Source: Alloascoidea hylecoeti (taxonomy: Eukaryota). Taken from it: a DNA stretch of 64,000 nt. Of this stretch, positions 25,961 through 38,156 are shown in pieces. The DNA lies in assembly GCA_001600815.1 (NCBI GenBank), contig BCKZ01000005.1:133532-197531 (forward strand). The letters are read 5' to 3'. The translations under genes were made by a program, and so were the position numbers. The notes under the pieces were generated by a model. That model worked only from the letters and a program-made list of their open reading frames with translations, ran no database searches and was not told the origin of the DNA. Within the stretch, counting starts at the first letter, position 1; every line of letters begins with the position of its first letter.

Positions 25961-27146
25961 GTAGAAGGTAGTTCCTGGAGCCAAAAAGTGTCTCTTGTAA
26001 ATTTTTAATTAATTTTTGATCATTTAGACGTATAATTAATAAAAGATTATATTATGGCTATAATAGTTTTAAGTAATCTATTATATACATATTGTTGAAT
26101 GTTTATAAGATTTAAATTTATATAAATCTACAAGAGTTGTAGCTGACCCCTGAACTACCCTCGAGCTCTACCTAACTCTCCACCTAACTTTTGACCTAAT
26201 GATGTGTGTGTGTGTGCAACTTTAGTAGGATTGTGTTGACTCAGATACCCTAGACCCAACCAAGCTATGTTAAGAAAGCTCTAAGTATATTGATGAAGGC
26301 TCTATCTTGGTCTGAACTTTACCAATATCAAAACTCTATGTTATAGACCACCTTCAACATAAAATCCAAAACCTGAAGCCAGTATTCGAATTATCACTCG
26401 TGGGACGAAGGCTACAGTCCCTAGTTTCTTGGTCAAAAGTGAACATTTAAACAATTTCATAGCTCCCCCAGCCGCAGAAGCATTAAACTCCCCTAAAAAC
26501 TACTTTTTATTTGACCGCTCTAAAGCAGCACGATTATGAAGTCGACTTAAAAGTTATAATTCTGCACGCTATCGTGCCCTTGCTCTAAATACTATACTGA
26601 TTTACAAAAGGGCATTGCTGTATTTTTTAGGTGGTATATTCACGGATAGAGATATGGGTATATTAGGTAGAGTATATTAATTGCTATAGATATCCTCCTA
26701 CACCTCATAGATAAGTATGGTAAGGAATCTAAGGATCTGTTGTTTTATGAGGCGGTCAAACCCGGGAATAAATATACAAAACTTACGGTATATACCGTTT
26801 GTACATGTATAAATATAATATAATTCCAGTCACCTTATAGTAAGATATTGTCGAATATATGCTGGAAATCGCGAAGGGGTCAAACAATTTGACTTCCATC
26901 AGGAAGCTTTTTTGCTTATGGCCGAACATTAGTGCATCATGCGAACTGTACCGTGGTCGACGTCTGTTAAATATAGATCACAATTAAGTTATATATTTCT
27001 CTCTATATATATCCTTATATATATCCTTATATATAAATGCTTCAATAAATATCATATATGTATACTATAATTTTTTTTTTAATTTTTTAACCTTTCAAAA
27101 ACTTTTTTGTACCTATTTTGTTTTTATAATAATTTAAATTATTAGT

Positions 27147-29926
27147 TTATGAATCTGTAGAATCCTTTAAAGGCCATGCTTTATCATCATTTTTCTTTGA
27201 AGCTAATGTGAAACCTGGGTATTTTTTGGGTGGTTCTTCATCAATATTATTATTTTGAAATGTATTTGTATTTATATTTGAACTTGAAGGAATATAATCT
27301 CGTTCATAATCTTCTAGTAAATCACCATCAAGATCTTCACCATCGATTTCATTAATTAAATCACCATCAAGATCTTCAACATCGATTTCATTTGAATTAT
27401 CAAGTTCTTTAATATCTAAATTTTCAAGTTTGTTTAGATCTGCATCAAGATCTTCATCGTCAACTTCTTTAATATCTAAGTCTTCAAGTTTGTTTAGATC
27501 TGCATCAAGATCTTCATCGTCAACTTCTTTAATATCTAAGTCTTCAAGCCTGTGTAGACCAGCATAAAGATCTTCCATATCGATTTTATTTAAATTACCA
27601 GCTTCTTTAATACCCAAGCCTTCAAGTTTATGTGAATCAGCATCAAGATTTTCATCTATTTCTTTTGAATTTGAATTATGAATTGTTACCTTCTGTAAAT
27701 GCTCAGATATGTCATCCATTAAATCTACTTCATTTGGGTTATTTTCATTTTGAAATTCTGGTACTGGTGAATCATCATTTATAATTTCATCAGTATTTTT
27801 TTTGTCGGTATTATCCAAATCTGGAACTGTATTAGTATTATCTACGGATAGTTCATCGTTGTTATCATCATCTTCATCTTCTTCCTCTTCGTCTTCTTCT
27901 TCATCGCCTTCATCGTCTTCATCGTCATCACTTTCGCTACCCGTAGAACTATCTGATTCACTTTCTTCTTCCTCTTCATCATTATCTTGTTCTTCTTCGT
28001 CATCATTATCAACACTAGCCTCCGATTCATTCTCTGATTCATCTAAATCACTTAATTCTGGTAATCTTTCCCTCCAAAAATTTACATCATTAAATCTTTC
28101 ATCTCCGCCAGCCCTTGCAATAACAGGAGGGAAAAAATGATCAACTAATTCACCAATATGAACATAAGAACTTTTATAACCAGCTAATTCTAATAATTCC
28201 ATATGAACTTCAGCATTTGGATTAATTGTAAAAATTCTTGAAGATGGTATTCCAACAGATCTGTAACTTAAAGCATCGGTTATTCTATTACCAAACCCAG
28301 CATAAAAAGGTTTTAAATCAGAATTTCCAAATAATCCTTGAATATCTCTTAAACAAGCCATTTTGAAAACTTCTGGTTTTCTTAAAATAACTTCTCTTCT
28401 TAATGCTGCTATTGTTCTATCAGGTGATAAAATAACAGGTCCAATTGGTAATTTTATACTTTCCTGTTCAACGCCTAATAAATAAGATCTTGTTGAATCA
28501 GCTTGTCCAATTGATCTTGCAGTTAAATACATAATTTTATAACCATTCATTTCAATATCTGAAAATAATTTAGCAACTCCTGCATGTGTCCAATCTCTTC
28601 CTAACATTGTTAATACATGTCCTAATGCATCTGATTTTGTAATTGTACCATCGATATCTGATATAACTATTGGTTCATCATATTTCCAATAAAAAATTTT
28701 AGAAGATATTGTTGCTTTACCTTTATTAACAGCAAATGAAACATTATTTGATCCATAATTTAGCTTTAAATCTCTTAATTGTTGGGAACTTAATCTTAAA
28801 CTTTTTGCATAATGTGTAACATCACTATCATTATTAATGACTTGTTGATTATTATTATTATTATTATTATTGAGGTTATTATCTGTTGATAAATCAGGTG
28901 TAGTATAAGAATTTTTTAATTTTTGTCCTGATGGACCACCAGCACCAGTTCCTGCTAATTCTTGAGAATATAATGAATCATCAGTTGAATAAATTCTTAA
29001 TTTTCCATTAACATTTTGTCCAACTAATTGACCAATATTATGAGCATCATTACCAAATTCTTCAGCTAATAATTTTTTAACTAAAACATCAGTTTCAACA
29101 ATATCACCACTTTTATAACCAGTCATATCTAATACTAAATCACCATTATCTTCTACTTGTGATGGAATATTTATATCTGTGAATTTTCGAGATAATTCTC
29201 TTGCTCTATCAAGAGCAGCTTGTTTTGTTCCTGGACTTACTGCTCGATCTTGTGTTACCCATGATCTTTCTTTTATTTTGGGTGATGAAGATGAAGATTC
29301 TAATGGTAGTAATTCCATCCTACCACGCTTATCGCTTAAATCTGGAGTACTGGATGTAGCAGTATCAGCAGCATCTTGCGTTAGATCTAGGTAATCCGGT
29401 TCCTGTAACGATATTGCAGAATCACCAATAGATGAGCTTGGAGAGTTCAGAGATCCAGAGTAGCCTGGTGATTTCTGAGGGGACGAAGGTGGAGAGCTCA
29501 AAGGAGAAGAAGAAGGGGAAATGACAGGCGAAGTAAGTAGTTCATTTGGAATATCATCTTCCGTTTCAAATACGAAAAAAGCCTCTCCACCTTCTCCTAC
29601 TTTCATTGGGATATTTGATTCTGTTCCATTGATTGATAACACGACCTGAGAAGGTTAGAATATTACTGAGTGATGGAAAAGTAAAACAAAGACATACTTT
29701 TTTCTGTGAAGGTCTTAAAAGAGAGAATTTTCCAAACCTAACATGAAATGGAGAACAGCTTAGTTCGCCTATAAATAGTTAGTACCATTGGTAGTAGACC
29801 AGTAGAGAAATGCATACCATTCTCCTGCTCTATGACCAAAACATCGATTGCGCCCGAGAGAGTTGCGGGATTGATGGAACTCCATGTTTTAGAAACACTT
29901 CCAATGGCTCGTCCCACGTATTGCAT
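27147..29926 (-). CDS. PAH1: Lipin phosphatidate phosphatase; complement(join(27147..29645,29698..29768,29818..29926))
   Basis: N-LIP MQYVGRAIGSVSKTWSSINPATLSGAIDV...SCSPFHVRFGKF is restored by 49-nt and 52-nt introns. Catalytic DIDGT motif, YAGFGNRITD, FWR and an acidic tail. Confidence 0.96.
27320..27550. repeat. Coding tandem repeats (60-bp unit plus degenerate units) in the PAH1 acidic tail
   Basis: 27421-27480 and 27481-27540 are nearly identical and encode LEDLDIKEVDDEDLDADLNK. Confidence 0.9.
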
Positions 29927-30099
29927 TAATATTAATATTAATAGGATTGTGTCAATTCCTTCTGCAAACAATCATATCTGCTGTTCTGTGAGTTACCCTT
30001 GGGCACGTGCTGCACTCCACTGTATGCTTATGTAATATCCACCACATTCATATGTAATCAGCATAATTCCATATCTTTACGGTTTCTGTCTCTCTAACA

Positions 30100-30571
30100 A
30101 GAGTATATTTGCACGTAGTTCTCACCAATGGTTCTACTATCTGCTATTCCTTCCTCCAACTCTAATACATCCCCCGAGTCAAAACTTACGGGCTCAATTT
30201 TAAAATTTGGTCATTGCTCGTACGAAACGTACATGCATTATGAGCCAATACTTTTTCAGAGCTTCAGCGTCTGGCGCTTTTTCTTGGACAAGAGCACTAA
30301 GCAGCAACTTTCATAAAAAATTGAATGGGACCAGTAGACAACATAAGAAAGGTCACAATCCAAGACCTTTTTTCGGGTCTATTTAATACTTCTTCTGGAA
30401 GATTTTGCTCAAAGTTGTCATTACAATTATCGGCATCATCATCTGGATGAAGAACTTTAACAATGGCCTCAGTTTCGTCTTACTTATACTTGGTAGGCCC
30501 AATTTTTCCAATCACTGTTTCATTAACCCTAGGACTAATGCTAAAAACGACACTTGTTCGGCTTTAGCCAT
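30100..30571 (-). pseudogene. Relic of the 5' part of a plasma-membrane H+-ATPase (PMA1-like)
   Basis: LPEEVLN..EKRSWIVTFLMLSTGPIQFFMKVAA and SGDVLELEEGIADSRTIGENYVQI match the Pma1 blocks KESLVVKFVMFFVGPIQFVMEAAA and PGDILQLEDG...DGRIV in order. Stops and deletions present. Confidence 0.7.
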
Positions 30572-31792
30572 TTGTAATTAATTATAAGTCTTTCCCTGTC
30601 AATATTAGATATCTATGTATAATAGTATAGTTATGATATCTCAATTGTTCTTTTTTATATGTATTTAACTAATAATAAATATAGCTAGCGCTATTCTTAT
30701 ATATAATTTCAAGAATGGATGCGGGCAAATTGCTAGTTTCAAGCTTTACGTTACTACAAGTGTTTAGTATCTATAGAAAATCGCACCCTTGTAGAATTAA
30801 TCATATTCTTTTGTTTAACTTGTTGATTATTACCATACTGGATTTTCTACTATGTCTAGTATTGTTGAAAAAAGTATTTACTACATATTCCCTTATTCTC
30901 CTATTAACCTTGGACTATTATAATTTAAATAATCATCGACGTTGAAGTATTATTTTTAGATTATCTCGATCTATATTTTAATTTTTAATTGGAATAAATC
31001 CCATACAAACACAATTGCAAGCATTTGCTACTTCTAGCAGAATAAGATAAGTTCATATCATTAATTAATAATCACTTAGGCAATTAACACCGAAATCAAT
31101 GCAACATTGCAGCTAATCCTAGAATCACCCGTAAATGTTTGCAAATGTTTGTAGGCATATCATTAATTAGATTCGTTACTGCACTTTTCTCTTCTCACCA
31201 ATTGGAACTAAAGCTCTTTCCTATGACAACAACGCCTAGATATAATACATTTCAAGTAAGAGTGAAAATTTCTTTCTTATACTACAAAAGCATAGGTCTA
31301 TTTATTTATTTAAGTTACAAATATGTGAACATGCGTCATACCAAAAAAAATAGCATAATGCTGTTTAACACCATCATGATCAATCAACATTTTTACAATT
31401 ACCTTTTACAACGACAAAATTCCAATCAACATTTGAAGTTTTAAAAAAGATTCAATGATATCGCTTTAAGATGAACTAAAATCTAAATGAGTTTTGTTTC
31501 GTCTTCAGTTGGTAACAAAACACAGCAGGAACTTTCTTTTCCATCTCTTTTTTTTCATTAAGAAAATTAGGAAATGAAAGCAACTCTGGTGTTTCACCAC
31601 GGAAACTACATTTTTGATTTAAATGAGTAAAAAAGATCACATAATAATAAAATCTTGAATGATGGGCAAGTAACTGGAAACAGTTGGACAAGTTATTTCA
31701 CTACATAAAGCATATTAAACATCGTTGACCACGATAAAAACAAACAATTGACAGTGTCTGAAGATCTCGGTACCTTTTTAAGAAGTAACAAT

Positions 31793-34172
31793 TCTTTATT
31801 TTCAAATGGTATCAATTGTTTTTGTTTTCATATAGTATCCACTATTCATCCTTCATGATCATTTATTTTGGATTGCTAGTAATTGCATATGTAGATTATC
31901 TTCTAAAATACCCATATGGCCCTTACAATAAAAAAAAACAATATATTTAACATTTTAAAAACCATTAAATCCATATACATACTATACAAAACATTAAAAC
32001 TTAAAGAATAATAGACAAATTAACTCAAATAGTCAGGATAAAAGGACATCATATGCATGCTTTCAAGTGCAAATGCAGACATAATAAATAAATAAGTGAG
32101 TGAGTTTTAATATAGATAAAATACAATTGGATATAATCAAAAATAATGCTTTATACTTGTAGAGGGTAAAAATATGTTGATTCAAATTTAAATATAATAA
32201 GAATGGTCATTAGCTTAAGCTTGTATTTGTATTTGCAGTTAGCTAGCCTAGGTAGATGAACGTCTTCTTCTTTTCCAGGCTCTTTTTGGACGAAGACTAA
32301 GTTCACCAAATGTTCCACTCTTTTTGTAATCATTAGGGATACCATTAAAGGGGGGCTAATTATAATGTAGTACGTTAGGATATGGAAAGTAGATGGTGAT
32401 AAATTATAATGAAAAAAGTAAAATAAAGCTTACCTTTATCTCTCGGTAAGCACCATATGTTCTCCGTATTTGATTCTCTTCCAGATCTTCGAGAGTCTCA
32501 GTTGTACCATCCACAATGGATGGTTGAGAGATTTGGTTCCCTTCCAAATTGTTTTGGGAACTGGGCCTTGGAACTTGAGTCTCATACTGTGAGGCTAATA
32601 TTGGGTCAAATGACTTGAACATTTCTTCTAGTTCGGCTCGAGCTCTAGATNAAAATTGACCAATTGAAAAATCAGGTCCATGATCAGGTATTTGTGGGGC
32701 CCGGATGTCTGGAAGCTCTGGACCAAATACTGTATCACCTCCCAATTTATAATTATGTACTGGTATATAATGATGATTATATAGTAAATCAAATTTATTC
32801 AAATCCATAGTACTCTCCTTGAAGTTAGTATTCATTTTATATGTGATTACAATTAAAATAAAATTAAAAGAAGAAAAATTAAAATAAGACAATCAAAAAT
32901 TATAACCAAAATATAACTTACATAGCACCCAGTTTCCACTTTTGGAAGCATCTGCGAAGCATCTGCATAATGTATTATGTGAATTCCCATTTTGGATCTT
33001 GCAGGTCATTTTTGCTGCTCTGAAAGAGGAAACTGGGTGCTATGTAAGTTATATTTTGGTTATAATTTTTGATTGTCTTATTTTAATTTTTCTTCTTTTA
33101 ATTTTATTTTAATTGTAATCACATATAAAATGAATACTAACTTCAAGGAGAGTACTATGGATTTGAATAAATTTGATTTACTATATAATCATCATTATAT
33201 ACCAGTACATAATTATAAATTGGGAGGTGATACAGTATTTGGTCCAGAGCTTCCAGACATCCGGGCCCCACAAATACCTGATCATGGACCTGATTTTTCA
33301 ATTGGTCAATTTTNATCTAGAGCTCGAGCCGAACTAGAAGAAATGTTCAAGTCATTTGACCCAATATTAGCCTCACAGTATGAGACTCAAGTTCCAAGGC
33401 CCAGTTCCCAAAACAATTTGGAAGGGAACCAAATCTCTCAACCATCCATTGTGGATGGTACAACTGAGACTCTCGAAGATCTGGAAGAGAATCAAATACG
33501 GAGAACATATGGTGCTTACCGAGAGATAAAGGTAAGCTTTATTTTACTTTTTTCATTATAATTTATCACCATCTACTTTCCATATCCTAACGTACTACAT
33601 TATAATTAGCCCCCCTTTAATGGTATCCCTAATGATTACAAAAAGAGTGGAACATTTGGTGAACTTAGTCTTCGTCCAAAAAGAGCCTGGAAAAGAAGAA
33701 GACGTTCATCTACCTAGGCTAGCTAACTGCAAATACAAATACAAGCTTAAGCTAATGACCATTCTTATTATATTTAAATTTGAATCAACATATTTTTACC
33801 CTCTACAAGTATAAAGCATTATTTTTGATTATATCCAATTGTATTTTATCTATATTAAAACTCACTCACTTATTTATTTATTATGTCTGCATTTGCACTT
33901 GAAAGCATGCATATGATGTCCTTTTATCCTGACTATTTGAGTTAATTTGTCTATTATTCTTTAAGTTTTAATGTTTTGTATAGTATGTATATGGATTTAA
34001 TGGTTTTTAAAATGTTAAATATATTGTTTTTTTTTATTGTAAGGGCCATATGGGTATTTTAGAAGATAATCTACATATGCAATTACTAGCAATCCAAAAT
34101 AAATGATCATGAAGGATGAATAGTGGATACTATATGAAAACAAAAACAATTGATACCATTTGAAAATAAAGA
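31793..34172. repeat. Giant inverted repeat: 1145-bp arms (31793-32937 / 33028-34172) with a 90-bp spacer
   Basis: Arms read as reverse complements (coordinate sum 65965). Mirrored ORFs 32404-32892(-) and 33073-33561(+). Mirrored N at 32651/33314. Confidence 0.95.
33130..33814 (+). pseudogene. Intron-containing repeated ORF family member, possibly a decayed transposase N-terminus; mirrored at 32151-32835
   Basis: ORF MNTNFKE...RRTYGAYREIK, then intron 33532-33609 (GTAAGC..CCTAAC..TAG), then PPLMVSLMITKRVEHLVNLVFVQ. A diverged third copy lies at 41617-41960. Confidence 0.5.
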
Positions 34173-35505
34173 CTTATTTATTCAATTCTAATATTTCATG
34201 TTCTAAAAAAATTCTATATATTTGTGTCATGCTTTCGAGAATGTCGAGACATGCGTACAGATAAGTAATGGGATGTAGAAAAGAATGTCATTCAAGAAAA
34301 GATGAAGATAAAATTTTAATTCTAAGTTCTGATTAAGTTAAAATCAATAAAATGGTGTTTTTATTGGCTGTTTATTAAGGATTGAGTAATAAAGTCGTTC
34401 TGATTTAATTTACAGACACAAAAACACACATAATAATAATTAAATATTGATGCGCATATACCTATAGCTAATAAAGGCCTAGGACTATGAAATAAAATAG
34501 TTAATACCATCATTTCAATCAGTTTTTAGTCATACTCAGCAGAAAAAACTTACAATTAATTTTTATATGCTACTAAATAGGGTATGTTGTATAAATGGTG
34601 TGGATATATTGGCATGGATGAGGTATAATATAATGGTATGGTGCTTTGGGTTAAGGTCAGGTGTGTGTACTTAATTGAAGAGTAGAGGAGGGTGGGTAAT
34701 TAATCGAATTGAGCCTGTATTGTGCAATTTTTGTTACCAGTAGAAAAAAAATACTAATTACTATATAACTCATCCATTCACATGAAATGGTGGATATAGA
34801 ATATTAATGGTAAATAGTGCTAGTTAATATCAAGTGAAATTATGGAGTTAACCGGAATGGTATCCGAATCCTAACAGTAATTATTCTGCTGTTCTAGTTG
34901 CTACGTTTCCTGCAATATAGTGCCTTCGTTCAATTCCCAATTGAACCCCCCCAAAGTGATAAGTTATTTCTTTATGTGCATAGTTGTTACCATGAGAGTC
35001 AAATTGGTAAACCTACACAGTTCCCATTTTAGTTTTTGTCAGTAATTATATTTAAAATGATATTTAGTTTAAAATATAGTCTTTAAATATAGACCAAAAA
35101 CCAGTCTGCAGGCGAGCAAAATATATTGTACTACGCCGATAACATAAACAATGTGCCACTTCAACCCTAGGAAGTTTAAGAGGAATCTCATATACGTTTC
35201 TCCATGCCCGAGAACATCAACCAGTTTTAGACGTCAATTTAGTCCTTACCATTTCAAGATGATTAAGTAAATATGAGAACGGTCGGATTTCTGAGACCAA
35301 CATGTCTTCCAAGTAATATGCATATTATTCATAGAGTAACATCTTATAAAATTGTTTTAATTTACGCGTTCTTTTTTCATTTTCTTCTTTCTTTTCTTCC
35401 ACCTCTTTTTCATTCACATTTTTTTCAAAAATTCATTTTTTCTCCAAACCATCTTCTTTGCTTCTTTACAATTTTTAGATTTTGTGTGGTATAACATTTC
35501 AAATC

Positions 35506-37896
35506 ATGAGCGCGATCGATATTACACAAACTGAACCTGAATCTCACGAAAACTTACCATTAAAGGATTCAACTAAAAATTCCAATCCAGCATCTTCTAA
35601 AAAGCATTCGGAAAAAAAGCAAAAATCTCTATCTCAATATTTCCCTAAAATAAGCATTAAATTTAAAAATAATATTAATATTTCAAATGATAAGGATCAT
35701 AATGATATAACTCATAAATCTCATGATGATATCAATAATGAAGGCTGTGCTTCATCGCCGATTGAAATAGATAGTACAAGTTTAAATTCACCAACATCAT
35801 CTGCTTCATCACGAACCTCTATAGAAGATGATGTCTCATATACTCCATTATCTGCAGATATATCCAAAAGACCATTAATTAGTAGAGGTCCAAATAAAGG
35901 ATTACCACGATTGGCACCAAATGAAAAGTTTGTTAATGGAGAAATTGTTTTAAAAAGGGCATATCATAGAAAATCGGAAATTAATGCAGAATTAGAACAA
36001 CCAAAGTCTAAAACAACGAAAATTAAAACTAAAACTAAAACTAAAGCAAAAGCAAAAACAAAAGCAAAAACAAAAACAAAAACAAAAACAAAAATGACTC
36101 CTTCTATAGCTAACAAAAAGAGGAAATTAATAATGAAAGAAAACGAAAAAGAAAACGAAAAGAAAAAGAAGAAAAAAATTAAAGAAAAAGCCAAAAAAAT
36201 TCCAGATGGTCCCTTAATTGGATTTACAATTGAACAGTATTATGATACTGATATCGAAAATGATCAAGACTATTCTCAATTATCAAAATTAGTTGAACAT
36301 GGTTCATTATCTGAATACACATCTGACATCACAACAATCTTACTATTTATCAATCAATTTAGAAGTTTATTTCCTAATCATTTAAACATTGGTCCACAAG
36401 ATATTGAAGATGGTCTTGGTTTCACTAGTTTAGCATGGCAAACAATGATTCAAAATTCCAAAATTGATGGTATAAATTCTCCACGTGTATATGAATTAAG
36501 ACACCCACCTAGACCTCCTCCAGCTTCCAATTTAATGGAAAAATTGTTTTGTCAATTACTCGCTTTAATACTAAATAGGAAAAAACCAGTTGAAATAAAA
36601 TCTTTTGGGCGCGCAGTTGAGGAATTATCACAACAAGCACTTAATTTTGGATTACCAAATGAATGGAAAGTTTTAATTCCATCAATAATAAAGACACCGG
36701 AAGGAGAAGAACAAGTGTTATCATTAAATGAAATATTATATGGAAACTCTAGTAAATCAGGAAATAATTTAAACATTGGTAATATTCAATATGGAAAATT
36801 AGTTTCCAATGCCGTTTTAAGTCAATTTTCATTTCCAGATTTAAATCCACCAGAAAGGTTAGTTTTATTGAGAATATTAGTACAATGGGCTTTATCAAAT
36901 TCAGAACTTGTTAGAGCTATTATCAATGAGAAATTTATGGCACAAGATCAATCATTAGTAAAAGATACATATTATATTGAGAAAACAAAATTAATTGAAG
37001 AAACTGAAGGTGAAAATGAACATAAATTAAAACAAACAAAATTTAAAAAACAAAATTCAAATGTTATAATTAACATTGATTCAAACCAAGAGGAAGAAAC
37101 CCAAAAAGAAATTGATAATATACACGAACACCCATTAAGTCTTCGACATCTTAATTATTTGATTGGTGATGATGGTTATAGATATAGATTTTATCTCGTC
37201 ACTGGTGTAGAAGCATCAGTTTTTAAATTATACGCCCGGAATGAAAGAGAAGTTGTTGAAATGTCCAATGAAGTTAATGGTGAACTTGATCAAAAAGCTG
37301 ATGAGTGGTTTGAAGTTGCTTCATCAGCAGAAGAATTAGAGGTTTTTGTTCAATATCTTGGTGAATTACTTCACCCAGGCTCGACAATAAAGTCAGAATC
37401 GATGGTACCCGAAGTAACCGAAGATAAAGATGGTGATATTGAAATGATTACATCCAGTATTGAAAACTGTGACAACACAGAGACTGACACAGTGAGTCAA
37501 CTTCCAAAGAGGTGTATAAAACGTCTGGTCAAGCTAGAGACGTTTTTAAAAGACGCAGTTCCAGAGTTTTATGAAATGGAATCACGAATTAAGCGAAGAA
37601 ATGTTAAAGAGCAACGAAAAAGAAAACAAATCGAAGCTTTGAAAGCAGCTGAATCGGGGAATGGTGCTTATGTTGGTAGAACTCGTGGTAAACGTATAAA
37701 TTATTTTGAAAGTTTTGAAGAACGTAATGATGAAGGAGATGATTATGAAAAGGAAGAACTTACTGAAAATGATAATGAAAATGAACCATCTTCTGCATTG
37801 GGCAGTAGAAGGTCAAATCGTTTACGAAATAGACACTTGAATACAGATACTTCAAGAGAATCATCTAGATCAAGGTCCGTTAGCAGTTTAAGATGA
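35506..37896 (+). CDS. IOC3: ISW1a chromatin-remodeller subunit Ioc3/Esc8-like (WHIM domain)
   Basis: IGPQDIEDGL, LFCQLLALILNRKKPV, GLPNEWK, and WHIM1-like LNPPERLVLLRILVQWALSNSELVR. Basic N- and C-terminal regions. MCB ACGCGT at 35364-35369. Confidence 0.72.
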   Translation: MSAIDITQTEPESHENLPLKDSTKNSNPASSKKHSEKKQKSLSQYFPKISIKFKNNINISNDKDHNDITHKSHDDINNEGCASSPIEIDSTSLNSPTSSASSRTSIEDDVSYTPLSADISKRPLISRGPNKGLPRLAPNEKFVNGEIVLKRAYHRKSEINAELEQPKSKTTKIKTKTKTKAKAKTKAKTKTKTKTKMTPSIANKKRKLIMKENEKENEKKKKKKIKEKAKKIPDGPLIGFTIEQYYDTDIENDQDYSQLSKLVEHGSLSEYTSDITTILLFINQFRSLFPNHLNIGPQDIEDGLGFTSLAWQTMIQNSKIDGINSPRVYELRHPPRPPPASNLMEKLFCQLLALILNRKKPVEIKSFGRAVEELSQQALNFGLPNEWKVLIPSIIKTPEGEEQVLSLNEILYGNSSKSGNNLNIGNIQYGKLVSNAVLSQFSFPDLNPPERLVLLRILVQWALSNSELVRAIINEKFMAQDQSLVKDTYYIEKTKLIEETEGENEHKLKQTKFKKQNSNVIINIDSNQEEETQKEIDNIHEHPLSLRHLNYLIGDDGYRYRFYLVTGVEASVFKLYARNEREVVEMSNEVNGELDQKADEWFEVASSAEELEVFVQYLGELLHPGSTIKSESMVPEVTEDKDGDIEMITSSIENCDNTETDTVSQLPKRCIKRLVKLETFLKDAVPEFYEMESRIKRRNVKEQRKRKQIEALKAAESGNGAYVGRTRGKRINYFESFEERNDEGDDYEKEELTENDNENEPSSALGSRRSNRLRNRHLNTDTSRESSRSRSVSSLR

Positions 37897-38156
37897 TGTT
37901 ATTAATCAGGACCAAATTGTTTAAAACTGTATATTAAATATTAACCAATGTCAATTGCATTTATATATATTACAAATTATTGTAAATTTGCTATATAAAC
38001 CATTCGTATATAAAAATATTGTCTTATAGTCTATAAAAATATAAATATAGCACGAGCATAATTAAAATTTTTCAGTCAAATTTTAAATCTCTTCCTAACA
38101 CCACAAAAAAATTTACTTTTATACGAAAAAAAAAAGAAAGAAAAAAAGGTCTCTTA

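Noticed and set aside
26140..26700. Solo LTR candidates (also 46420-46800)
   Set aside because: Higher-GC stretches, but no TG...CA ends with target duplication and no second copy in the window.
27400..27550. CRISPR-like array
   Set aside because: Coding tandem repeats without unique spacers, in a eukaryotic gene.
31100..31790. Possible hAT transposase relic on the minus strand (LSWSTMFNML, LCSEITCPTVSSYLP)
   Set aside because: Only short, weak motif echoes; not supportable without a profile search.
31793..34172. Palindrome as an inverted-repeat centromere or a mating-type flip-flop region
   Set aside because: IR-type yeast centromeres and MAT inversions have kb-scale cores. The spacer here is 90 bp and there are no MAT genes.
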